This document shows positions 47,626 to 56,451 of a DNA stretch of 61,952 nucleotides, piece by piece. The stretch is taken from IMG/VR virus record IMGVR_UViG_3300021960_000001, positions 1 to 61,952 of that record. One strand, 5' to 3'. The notes beneath the pieces are model-generated. The model searched no databases. It was not told where the DNA came from and worked only from the letters and a program-made list of their open reading frames with translations. The position numbers and the translations under genes were made by a program. The first letter of the stretch is position 1, and each line of letters starts with the position of its first letter. The stretch comes from a virus (taxonomy: Duplodnaviria; Caudoviricetes).

Positions 47626-47975
47626 TGGAGTCTGCTGTTACCTTAATACAAGAAGTTGGTTTTCCAATAGCAGCAGCAGGTGCACTTGGTTGGTTTATTT
47701 ATAAACTTATAATGCGTATTGTAGACGGTATGGAAAGTAAGTTAGATGTAGTCGATGAAAAAGTTGCTGGTCAAATAACTCAGTTAGAGGAAAGATTGGG
47801 CGGTAAACTTGATTCACAACATGGTATTTTGGTAGCCTTGATAGATAGAATCAGAAGCCTCGATAATGAAATCATAAGACAAGATACTATGATTAAAACG
47901 ATATTAGGAGTTCCTCACCTAATAAATCAAGATAAAATAGCTAAAGCGGACAGAGAAGACCAAAGAAAAGATTAA
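47625..47975 (+). CDS. Membrane-anchored coiled-coil protein
   Basis: N-terminal VGFPIAAAGALGWFI TM helix. Confidence 0.65.
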   Translation: MESAVTLIQEVGFPIAAAGALGWFIYKLIMRIVDGMESKLDVVDEKVAGQITQLEERLGGKLDSQHGILVALIDRIRSLDNEIIRQDTMIKTILGVPHLINQDKIAKADREDQRKD

Positions 47976-48160
47976 TGAAAAAAGTATATATAACAGAATT
48001 TAAAGTAGGTGATAAAATATATGAAGGTCCTTTTATATACGCTAACAGTTTTGAAGAAGCTGACCTAGAAGCCGAAGCCTATGGGGTAGTTATCGTTGGA
48101 GAAGCTAAAATAGTTATAGGAATAGATGAAACTGAAGAACGAGAAAGAGTTTTACATTAG
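47975..48160 (+). CDS. Small hypothetical protein
   Basis: TAATG coupling. Confidence 0.6.
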   Translation: MKKVYITEFKVGDKIYEGPFIYANSFEEADLEAEAYGVVIVGEAKIVIGIDETEERERVLH

Positions 48161-48169
48161 GAGACGTAA

Positions 48170-48652
48170 ATGACACCTGAAGAAGAAAAAGACAAAATAA
48201 TCTGGGCTATTATGTTCATAGGGGCGGTTTTAATTATAGGTATTTTTGTACAAAACATTAAAGCAGACCAAATAGTTCATAAGTTTAAATCACCTAGTTT
48301 TAACGGCGTTGGTACATCATCTCATTACCTAACTATAGAAAACCAAGAGTTCAGCCGTAAGCTGACTATTAAAGAAGAAATTAAAGCCTTGCAAGATGAA
48401 ATAGAAAGAGAAAAAGAAAATTCCACTCTTGCTAGATTCATGAGAAATCTTGAATCACGTGTCTATGCTGAACTATCTAGACAATTAGTTAACAACCTCT
48501 TTGGAGAAACACCTTCTGATTCAGGTACAATAGAACTAGAAGGAAACATTATTGAGTACACAAGCGATGGTGTTACATTAACGTTAAAAATTACGGAAGC
48601 AGATGGAACAGTTACTGAAATTACAATTCCTATTGGTACTTTTACTTTCTAG
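48170..48652 (+). CDS. csgF: Curli assembly protein CsgF-like
   Basis: Signal/TM segment then HKFKSPSFNG (CsgF F.NP.FGG-like); C-terminal T.I.IP; directly before csgG. Confidence 0.72.
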   Translation: MTPEEEKDKIIWAIMFIGAVLIIGIFVQNIKADQIVHKFKSPSFNGVGTSSHYLTIENQEFSRKLTIKEEIKALQDEIEREKENSTLARFMRNLESRVYAELSRQLVNNLFGETPSDSGTIELEGNIIEYTSDGVTLTLKITEADGTVTEITIPIGTFTF

Positions 48653-49439
48653 CTGTTCTACGTTAGACCAAGTTGAAGATACGTACGAACATAGGTTTCA
48701 AAGACACAATGTAGTAAATATACAAGATTTACAATCCATTGATTTACGTGATGTTTCTGTTCCTAAAGTAAGTCCTGTTGTAGCTGTATATCCTTCAGCT
48801 TTTACTGACCAAACAGGACAAAGAAAAAGCAATAGTGAGTTTGCTTTATTTAGTACAGCCATCACCCAACAGCCTAATGCATTGCTTATAAGAGCACTTA
48901 AACACGCAGGAAACGGTAATTTCTTTAGGGTTGTAGAACGTGTGGGGCTAGATAATTTAACAAAAGAAAGACAACTTATACGGTCAGCTAGAGAACAATT
49001 TGCTAGTGATGAAGAAAAGAAAAAACAATTAGCACCGTTATTGTTTGCAGGTGTTTTGCTAGAAGGTGCTGTTATTAGTTATGAAGCTAATTTAGAATCA
49101 GGAGGTATCGGTGCTCGTTATCTTGGTATTGGCAATAGCGTGCAATACAGAGAGGATAATATAACAGTTAGCCTTAGGATGGTTTCTGTAGCAACAGGCG
49201 AGGTGTTATTAGAAGTATTGAGTCAGAAAACTATATTCAGCTATGGTAAATCTAATGATGTATTTAGGTTTATAGAAATGAATACTGAACTTGTAGAAAT
49301 AGAAGCAGGTAACGCAAGAAACGAGTCTTCTACTATTGCTTTAATGAAAGCTATTGAAGGCGGGGTATTAGAGATAATTAAGTTAGGTTACAAAAAAGGT
49401 TACTGGGTTTTACAAATAGAAGAAAAAACGGTAGAATGA
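48603..49439 (+). CDS. csgG: Curli secretion channel CsgG-like lipoprotein
   Basis: Lipobox LLSSC; VAVY...DQTGQRK, STAITQ, FRVVERVGLDNLTKERQLIR, GARYLGIG. Confidence 0.9.
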   Translation: MEQLLKLQFLLVLLLSSCSTLDQVEDTYEHRFQRHNVVNIQDLQSIDLRDVSVPKVSPVVAVYPSAFTDQTGQRKSNSEFALFSTAITQQPNALLIRALKHAGNGNFFRVVERVGLDNLTKERQLIRSAREQFASDEEKKKQLAPLLFAGVLLEGAVISYEANLESGGIGARYLGIGNSVQYREDNITVSLRMVSVATGEVLLEVLSQKTIFSYGKSNDVFRFIEMNTELVEIEAGNARNESSTIALMKAIEGGVLEIIKLGYKKGYWVLQIEEKTVE

Positions 49440-49443
49440 AATT

Positions 49444-50175
49444 ATGATGATGAACAGATACATACAATTATTGCTGTGTTTTGTTTTATTACCGTTATAC
49501 GCTGCGGACAATGAAATTTATGTAGACCAGTCAGGTACTGGGGCTAACATAGATTTAGAACAGCTTGGTATATCTAATATTATTGGTGGGTTAGGTTCTT
49601 CTGCAGGTGATTTAACTGCTTTTGATTTAGACGGAAATACCATGACGCTAGACATTAATATGATTGGTGCTACTAATAAATTTCTTGGTGATATATACGC
49701 TGACAACTTTACAGGTGTATATAACTTTACGGGCGGTACAAATTCTTTTACGATTCAGGTAGACCCTACAAACGCTAATAGTTCAGACGGCTCTAATCAA
49801 AACGTAGCTGTTACTGGCAGTGGTAATACCTTTACATTAAATCAAGGAACATCAGCTATAGCTGCATCACTAGATTTAGATTGGATTATTCAAGGCTCTA
49901 ATAACACAGTAACATCTAATATTAATATTGATGGTGCTACTAACTATATGGATATAGATGGTTCTGATAATACAGTTACTTATACAGGTACGGGTGTGAA
50001 CGCATCAGCAGGTGGATATTTTTATTTAGACCACACAGGCGGTTCAAGAACTTTTAATATTCAACAACTGAGTACCCAAGATAATGACTGGCTCAAAATT
50101 ATGTCAATCTCTGGCACTTCTGCTTCTACTGTTTGTGTCGTTCAAAACGACCAAGGTACAAGCACAAGCTGTTGA
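49444..50175 (+). CDS. Secreted curlin-like beta-solenoid repeat protein
   Basis: Signal peptide; NEIYVDQSG, LEQLGISN, QGSNNTV, DGSDNTV repeats. Confidence 0.62.
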   Translation: MMMNRYIQLLLCFVLLPLYAADNEIYVDQSGTGANIDLEQLGISNIIGGLGSSAGDLTAFDLDGNTMTLDINMIGATNKFLGDIYADNFTGVYNFTGGTNSFTIQVDPTNANSSDGSNQNVAVTGSGNTFTLNQGTSAIAASLDLDWIIQGSNNTVTSNINIDGATNYMDIDGSDNTVTYTGTGVNASAGGYFYLDHTGGSRTFNIQQLSTQDNDWLKIMSISGTSASTVCVVQNDQGTSTSC

Positions 50176-51205
50176 CATTGGAGACATTTCTGAGCTAAAT
50201 GGTTCAGCACAAATAGTAAGAGACAAGCCATACGACGTTAACGTAAAATTTGCTATACAAAGTAATGACGAAGCTATTACTAAAGATGGTAGAATGGCTA
50301 TTACTTTTTTAGATGAGTCTGTAGTAAAATTAACTGAACACTCGCAACTACTTATCGATGAATATATTTATGACCCTGACCCAAGCAAATCTAAAATGGC
50401 TCTTACCTTTGGTCTTGGGACAGCACGGTTTATTACTGGTAATTTAAACCGCATAGATAAACAAAATATTACTCTTAAAACTCCTACAGCCAATATAGCA
50501 ATAAGAGGTACAGACTTTACAGCTACAGTAGATGAACTAGGTCGTAGTCTTATAATATTATTGCCAGATGCTTCAGGTTTATCTAGTGGTGAAATAGAAG
50601 TGGTTACGGCTATGGGTACGGTACTTTTAAATAAACCATATCAAGCTACAACTGTTAGCGTTTTTGAGTCACCTCCAAGCAAACCAGTTATTTTAGATTT
50701 AACGTTAGATATTATTGATAATATGTTAATAGTTACTCCACCTAAAGAAGAAGAACGTGTAGAAGAAGAAACCACAACTGTTCAAACAGACAGTGTTTTA
50801 GATTTTAACGATTTAGATATTGATTACTTAGCAGAAGATTACTTATCAGAGGACGAACTAGATTTTACAGAACTCGATATTAATTTTCTAGATGTAAATT
50901 ATCTTGAAGACCTTCTTAATGTATTAGACGCATTAGCCATAGCAGAAGATGAAGACGCTTTAGCCCAAGCCACAAGCACACAAATATCTGGAACTCTTTT
51001 AGGTAAAGACCCAGACACCCAAATAACTGCCTTAATAACAGGCAACGTTATTAGTTTACGAAGACAAGTAAACGAAAGCGTAAGAGTAGATTTGAACGGT
51101 AGTGATGCGTATACTGTAATTTTGATACAAGACGGAGTATCTAATATAATCAAGGTGAATGGAGGAAGCGATAGTGTTATAACTATTACGCAAAATGATG
51201 GATGA
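50084..51205 (+). CDS. FecR-domain periplasmic protein
   Basis: Signal peptide; ITFLDES.VKL.EHS.L.I, G.ARF, TPTANIAIRGTDF. Confidence 0.8.
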   Translation: MTGSKLCQSLALLLLLFVSFKTTKVQAQAVDIGDISELNGSAQIVRDKPYDVNVKFAIQSNDEAITKDGRMAITFLDESVVKLTEHSQLLIDEYIYDPDPSKSKMALTFGLGTARFITGNLNRIDKQNITLKTPTANIAIRGTDFTATVDELGRSLIILLPDASGLSSGEIEVVTAMGTVLLNKPYQATTVSVFESPPSKPVILDLTLDIIDNMLIVTPPKEEERVEEETTTVQTDSVLDFNDLDIDYLAEDYLSEDELDFTELDINFLDVNYLEDLLNVLDALAIAEDEDALAQATSTQISGTLLGKDPDTQITALITGNVISLRRQVNESVRVDLNGSDAYTVILIQDGVSNIIKVNGGSDSVITITQNDG

Positions 51206-52938
51206 AAAAACTTTTTATACTACCCCTACTATTAATTCTTGCACTGCCGTTAGTGTTTCAATCAACACCCACAGAAATATTAAAACTTAAAGTATTTGAT
51301 ACGTTTATAAAACACCAAGAACCTTCTGGTAATTTTGTTATTCTTAATATTACAGAAGAAGACGTTGAACGTGAAGGTGGCTATCCTTTACCTAGAAAAA
51401 GATTAGCGGATATACAACTAGAGTTATTAGGTAAAGGTGCTCTTGGTGTTGGTTGGGTCATAAGTTTTCCACAGCCTGATAGACTTATGGGCGATGAAGA
51501 TTTTGCTAGGTCTTTAGGATATGCTCCTAGTGTTCTAGCAATGTTTGAAACAAATAGTGGTCAATATCCTAAAACCACAGGAACTGTTATAAAAGGCAAT
51601 GATACTGGTGGTATACTTACAACGGGAGTCAAGGAAAATTTCTACACCTATCAAAATATATTACAAGGAATCGCCAGTGCTCCCACCGAAGTAGACCAAC
51701 TAGTTAGACGAGTTCCTTTACTATTACGAACACCTGACGGTTGGGTAGCTTCTTTTGGCACACAAATATATAAAGCCTTGTTTGGTGTAAAAAGCTACAT
51801 CATAACTACAAACGAAAACGGTATACAAGAAATAGCTATACGAGGTATACCGCCTGTCAAAACAGATAGTCTTGGTCGTAAGTGGATTAGTTGGGTAGAT
51901 ACACCAGAAACTAATTTAAAAGAAATGGATGTAAACGGTAAGTTTGTGTTTGTAGGTGTAACCGCTAACGGCGTTATGCCGCAGGTTGCTACACCAGTTG
52001 GTTTACTAGAACCGCATAAAATACAAGCAGCACTAGCAGAGTCTCTTTTAATTCAAAATAGTCCTTTTATACCAGATTACGCCCTAGCTTTAGAACTACT
52101 TATTTTCATAGCGTCTGTAGGGCTCGTATGGGCTTTTATAAGCTATTTAGGTATAACGTGGGGCGTAAGCTTAGCTTTACTTACGATGGCTTTAACGGGC
52201 TTCTACGGTTATTACAGCATAACTACAGGTGTTTTAATAGATATTACGTGGTCTTTAGTTTCTCAGTTTATCACAGGAGCCATAGCTTTTTATTTAAGAT
52301 TTAGAGAACAATATAAATTAAGGCAACAAATTAAAAAGCAGTTTGAACATTACTTAGACCCACGACAAGTTAAACGTTTACAAAAAGACCCTAGCTTATT
52401 AAAACTAGGAGGAGAAAAAAGAAGATGTACTTTCTTGTTCACAGACGTTAGAGGATTTACAGCTTTATCAGAAACGTTACCTCCTGAAGAAGTAACAACA
52501 ATAATGAATAAAGCATTAACTATACAATCAGAAGCAGTGCAAAAATATGGTGGCATGGTAGATAAGTATATTGGAGATGCAATGATGGCTATCTTTAATG
52601 CACCTATGGATTTACTACACCACGAAAGCATAGCAGTAGAATGTGCTAAAGAAATACAAGAAAATATAATAAAAGCCGATATTGGTGTTGAGATTGGAGT
52701 AGGTGTAAATACAGGCGAAGCTGTTATAGGCAACATGGGTAGTGATACTAGATTTGATTATTCAGCTATAGGAGACGCTGTAAACACCGCTGCTAGACTA
52801 GAATCAGCGACTAAAGAAGCGGGTGTAAACATACTTATAGGCAAAGAAACAGAAAAATATTCAGGCATAACTTTGAAACCGCTAAAACCAATAAAAGTAA
52901 AAGGTAAAGAAAAACCTTTAAAAATATACACTTTTTGA
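51202..52938 (+). CDS. CHASE2-domain class III adenylate cyclase
   Basis: CHASE2 (ILNITEED...GGYPLPR), three TM helices, FTDVRGFT, DKYIGDAMMA, FDYSAIGDAVNTAARLES. Confidence 0.92.
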   Translation: MKKLFILPLLLILALPLVFQSTPTEILKLKVFDTFIKHQEPSGNFVILNITEEDVEREGGYPLPRKRLADIQLELLGKGALGVGWVISFPQPDRLMGDEDFARSLGYAPSVLAMFETNSGQYPKTTGTVIKGNDTGGILTTGVKENFYTYQNILQGIASAPTEVDQLVRRVPLLLRTPDGWVASFGTQIYKALFGVKSYIITTNENGIQEIAIRGIPPVKTDSLGRKWISWVDTPETNLKEMDVNGKFVFVGVTANGVMPQVATPVGLLEPHKIQAALAESLLIQNSPFIPDYALALELLIFIASVGLVWAFISYLGITWGVSLALLTMALTGFYGYYSITTGVLIDITWSLVSQFITGAIAFYLRFREQYKLRQQIKKQFEHYLDPRQVKRLQKDPSLLKLGGEKRRCTFLFTDVRGFTALSETLPPEEVTTIMNKALTIQSEAVQKYGGMVDKYIGDAMMAIFNAPMDLLHHESIAVECAKEIQENIIKADIGVEIGVGVNTGEAVIGNMGSDTRFDYSAIGDAVNTAARLESATKEAGVNILIGKETEKYSGITLKPLKPIKVKGKEKPLKIYTF

Positions 52939-52954
52939 TATATAATCAATATAT

Positions 52955-53018
52955 CAGCCGTTGTGCTGCAGCTTACGGGGTGAGCTTTAACTCGCAAATA
53001 CGTGTAAACACGCTGGAG
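52955..53018 (+). ncRNA. Candidate structured 5' leader
   Basis: TATAAT at 52941; bulged CAGC-GT-GT/ACACGCTG outer stem ends at the GGAG RBS; inner GTGAG/CTCGC hairpin. Confidence 0.4.
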
Positions 53019-53023
53019 AAACA

Positions 53024-53131
53024 ATGACTGGAGTAGATAAGAAGACATACCTAAAGAAAAAAGGGAGCCGTTCGGACTTCTATATATACACGTCTAAAGG
53101 AAAAAAGATAAAATCTAGGAGCCGTTTCTAA
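53024..53131 (+). CDS. Small basic protein (35 aa)
   Basis: GGAG RBS; TAATG coupling to the next gene. Confidence 0.5.
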   Translation: MTGVDKKTYLKKKGSRSDFYIYTSKGKKIKSRSRF

Positions 53132-53676
53132 TGGCTTTATCTCTTATCAAGAATCCAGAACTAAGTTATCAAGAAGCTTGTGAGTTTTTTGATTATAAAG
53201 AAAATAAAATAAAGTTTCAAAATAAAATAAAAGAGTTTGAAGCAGCGATTACTAAACACTGCGAAGAAAACAATAATCAAGATTTAAACAGCCAAATAAC
53301 AGGTCAGACTGAAGGGGCTGTTACGCATAACTTTGCAGATGGTCAATATATAAGACAAATTGTCATGCCTAAAGGGTTATTAGTTACAACTAAAATACAT
53401 GCTAAAAATCATCCTTTCTTTATTATGAAAGGAGAAGCTTCTATCTACAGTAATGATGGAGTAGAACGTATAAAAGCACCTTTTCATGGAATAACTGAAG
53501 CAGGAACAAAAAGAGTTTTATATATTCATGAAGAATGTACTTTTATAACAGTACATAGAACAGATTGTTTAAGTATAGATGACGTTGTAAATGAAATAAC
53601 AGTTGATGATTTTTCTAAACTAAACTTAAAAGGTTTTGATATAAAACAAATAGATAAAATAATGGAGAAAATTTAA
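53131..53676 (+). CDS. Cupin-fold protein
   Basis: HNFADGQYIRQI.MPKG....KIH...H.FFIMKG...GTKR...HEE. Confidence 0.7.
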   Translation: MALSLIKNPELSYQEACEFFDYKENKIKFQNKIKEFEAAITKHCEENNNQDLNSQITGQTEGAVTHNFADGQYIRQIVMPKGLLVTTKIHAKNHPFFIMKGEASIYSNDGVERIKAPFHGITEAGTKRVLYIHEECTFITVHRTDCLSIDDVVNEITVDDFSKLNLKGFDIKQIDKIMEKI

Positions 53677-54665
53677 TGGCGTTAGCAAGTATAGCGACAG
53701 CCATAGCGGTTGGGGTGGGAACAAATTTAATCACTAAAAAAATTGTTGGCGACCCCGATATGCCTGCACAAATCGGTAGTGGAACTTCTCCTTCGTTAAC
53801 CCCAGGAGCAGATATAGACATCAATCCTATAATGGGTAGTGAGGTTCAAGAATTTGGTGATTTTAAATTTGAAAATTTAACTTCTCCAGAAGATGGGCAA
53901 AAAGAAATGATATTAGCCCAACTAGAAGAAGCAGGGGTAGATGTAGCTGATTTAGACCAATACGGTATTGCAGGTATGGCTGTTGGTGGTTATTTAAACA
54001 GGGCTAACGGCGGTAATTTAGGATTAATGGCTTTATTAAAAGAACAAGGTCTTATTCCTGAAGATAAACCAAAAAGTTTATCGGGTGTTGTTGATGTAGA
54101 TTTTTCTGAAATAGCGGAACCAAAACCAGAAGATTTATTAGAAGAACAAATGATGGCAGATATAAACTTTGAAATGCCTGATGTTCCTATGCCTGAAAAT
54201 CCTTTAACAAACTTACAAAAAGTAGAATCGTTTATAGATAACCAAAATCCTATGGTGTCTGATGCAATATATAGTGGTTTGGGAAGTATAGGCTCAGCTT
54301 TGTTTGGTGAATTATTTGGTTTAAACGATAAAAAACGTAAAGGCAGTTTAGTGAAAACTGAAACACTTCCTGGAAACTCTAACAGAAGAAGAAACCAGTT
54401 AGATAAAATTTCACCTATTGGGGGTTCTAGTGTAACTTTTGCTAACGAAGGCAAAGTATTACAAAGACCAATGTTTATGCCTAATGGGGGTCCTATGCGA
54501 GGTCCAGGTGGTCCAAAAGATGATTTAATACCAGTAATGGCAAGTAACGGAGAATATATGTTATCCAAAGCGGCAGTAGATGCAGCAGGTGGCGGCAGTC
54601 ATGCTAAAGGAATTGCTGTTTTAGATAAATTTAACAAAATGGGAAATAAGAGATATGGCGTCTAG
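53676..54665 (+). CDS. Putative internal virion protein with a tape-measure-like C-terminal motif
   Basis: GGPMRGPGGPKDDLIPVMASNGEYMLSKAAV. Confidence 0.6.
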   Translation: MALASIATAIAVGVGTNLITKKIVGDPDMPAQIGSGTSPSLTPGADIDINPIMGSEVQEFGDFKFENLTSPEDGQKEMILAQLEEAGVDVADLDQYGIAGMAVGGYLNRANGGNLGLMALLKEQGLIPEDKPKSLSGVVDVDFSEIAEPKPEDLLEEQMMADINFEMPDVPMPENPLTNLQKVESFIDNQNPMVSDAIYSGLGSIGSALFGELFGLNDKKRKGSLVKTETLPGNSNRRRNQLDKISPIGGSSVTFANEGKVLQRPMFMPNGGPMRGPGGPKDDLIPVMASNGEYMLSKAAVDAAGGGSHAKGIAVLDKFNKMGNKRYGV

Positions 54666-56451
54666 AGAAGAACAAGAATATTCCAGTCAAGCCCCCGCCC
54701 CGTATATAGGGCAGTTTTTACAACAGGATATATTTCCTTTTGCACAACAGTTTTTAAGGCAACAGTTTCAAAACTTAGGTCAAGCTGATTCAAGTCCATT
54801 TACTTACACAGGACAAAGAGTTGCTGATTTTGACCCTAGAGAACTTTATGGTATGGAACTTGCTGATTCAGCGATTGGTAGTTACAGACCGTACTTAGGT
54901 GCACAGGCAGATTTACTAGACGAAGCAGCAGGAATATCTAGAGGAGCATTAGCTAGAGGACAAGACGAAATTACAGCAGGTCTTGGTGCAGGTAGAGGAT
55001 TATCTAGTTTAGGTGCTGACCTTACTAGAGGTGCTCAATTCGACACTACAGGTAGAGACTTATTAGCAGGAGCACAACAAAGACAATCAGGTAGAGGTCT
55101 TATAGAAGGAGCACGATTTGGTCAGTCTGGTAGAGATTACCTTATGGGCGGAGTTCCAGGATTTAGTGAAGCTCAACAGTTAACTAGGGCGGGTGCACCT
55201 AATTTAGATTTAGCTAGAACTGAAACAGCGTCAGCTAGACCAGAGTTCGGTGGTGCTAGAGCAGGATTAAGTAGAGCAGAACAAACAGGTTATGGTTCTA
55301 CAGGAAGTTTTGACCCTAGAGGAATAGCAAGTTTTTATAATCCATTTGAAGAAGACGTAGTACAACAAACACTAAAAGACGTTAGAGAAGGGTTAGCTAA
55401 AAGTGATATGGGTCTTAGAGACGAAGCTGTTAGTGGAGGAGCTTTTGGCGGTTCTAGGTCACGAATGAGACGTGATGAACTTGCAGAAAATGTTGCAAGA
55501 GGAGCAGCAGAACAAGTAGGAGCTATCCGTAGTGGTGGTTATTCTGATGCAGCAAATAGAGCACAACAAGCTTTTGAAGCACAGCAGCAAAGACAAGCAG
55601 GTCTTGCAGGATTACAGTCAGGATTAGCAGGACAGTTAGGTGGTTTCGCAGGTCAAGAAGCACAAAGTGCTTTAGCAAGAGGTAGGCAGTTTGGCGACCT
55701 TTCTTCAACTGAAGCTCAAAATCAATTAGCTAGAGCTTCACAGTTGGGAAGTTTAGAAGCACAACAAGCACAGGCTAAATTAAATACAGGTCAAGCATTA
55801 AACGCTTCTGAACAAGCAGCAATAGATAATGCAATGTCTAGAGGACAACAGTTAAATACTTTAGACCAACAAAGATTTGCTAATCAAATGCAACAAGGAC
55901 AGCAGTTATCTAACATTGACCAACAAAGATTTGCTAATCAACTACAACAAGGCTCACAACTAGGTGCTTTAGGACAACAACAGTTCGGTATGGGGCTACA
56001 GGGTGGTCAAGGATTAGCAGGACTAGGTCAACAAACAGCAGGTGCATTAAGTGGTTTCGGTGGTCAATACGGCGGTATGGCTAGTTTATTACCACAACTA
56101 CAACAACAAGATATTTCATCGATGATGGGTATGGGTGGACTAGGTAGAGGAAGACAACAGTCCTTAATGGATTTGAACTACCAAAACTTTACAGGTCAAT
56201 ACAACTTACCTATGCAAACGTTACAAAACGTTGGAGCACTTACAGCTTCTCTTGGACCTATGGCAGGTGGCTACGGCTATGCAGGTGGTGCACAAGCTCC
56301 TTACGGTAATTACTCACCCACAGGAACTATGGGAACAGGGTTGATGAATCAAGGTATAGCAGGTCTTAATCCTGCTCCTGGTCAACAAACACAGGGACCA
56401 GTTAAAAGATTCCCTAACTTCTCAATTCAAAACATGGGGATACAGTTTTAA
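54655..56451 (+). CDS. Gln/Gly/Ala-rich DNA ejection/pilot-like protein
   Basis: FYNPFEEDVVQ...GGAFGGSR...GYSDA; 18-aa repeats. Confidence 0.65.
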   Translation: MASREEQEYSSQAPAPYIGQFLQQDIFPFAQQFLRQQFQNLGQADSSPFTYTGQRVADFDPRELYGMELADSAIGSYRPYLGAQADLLDEAAGISRGALARGQDEITAGLGAGRGLSSLGADLTRGAQFDTTGRDLLAGAQQRQSGRGLIEGARFGQSGRDYLMGGVPGFSEAQQLTRAGAPNLDLARTETASARPEFGGARAGLSRAEQTGYGSTGSFDPRGIASFYNPFEEDVVQQTLKDVREGLAKSDMGLRDEAVSGGAFGGSRSRMRRDELAENVARGAAEQVGAIRSGGYSDAANRAQQAFEAQQQRQAGLAGLQSGLAGQLGGFAGQEAQSALARGRQFGDLSSTEAQNQLARASQLGSLEAQQAQAKLNTGQALNASEQAAIDNAMSRGQQLNTLDQQRFANQMQQGQQLSNIDQQRFANQLQQGSQLGALGQQQFGMGLQGGQGLAGLGQQTAGALSGFGGQYGGMASLLPQLQQQDISSMMGMGGLGRGRQQSLMDLNYQNFTGQYNLPMQTLQNVGALTASLGPMAGGYGYAGGAQAPYGNYSPTGTMGTGLMNQGIAGLNPAPGQQTQGPVKRFPNFSIQNMGIQF

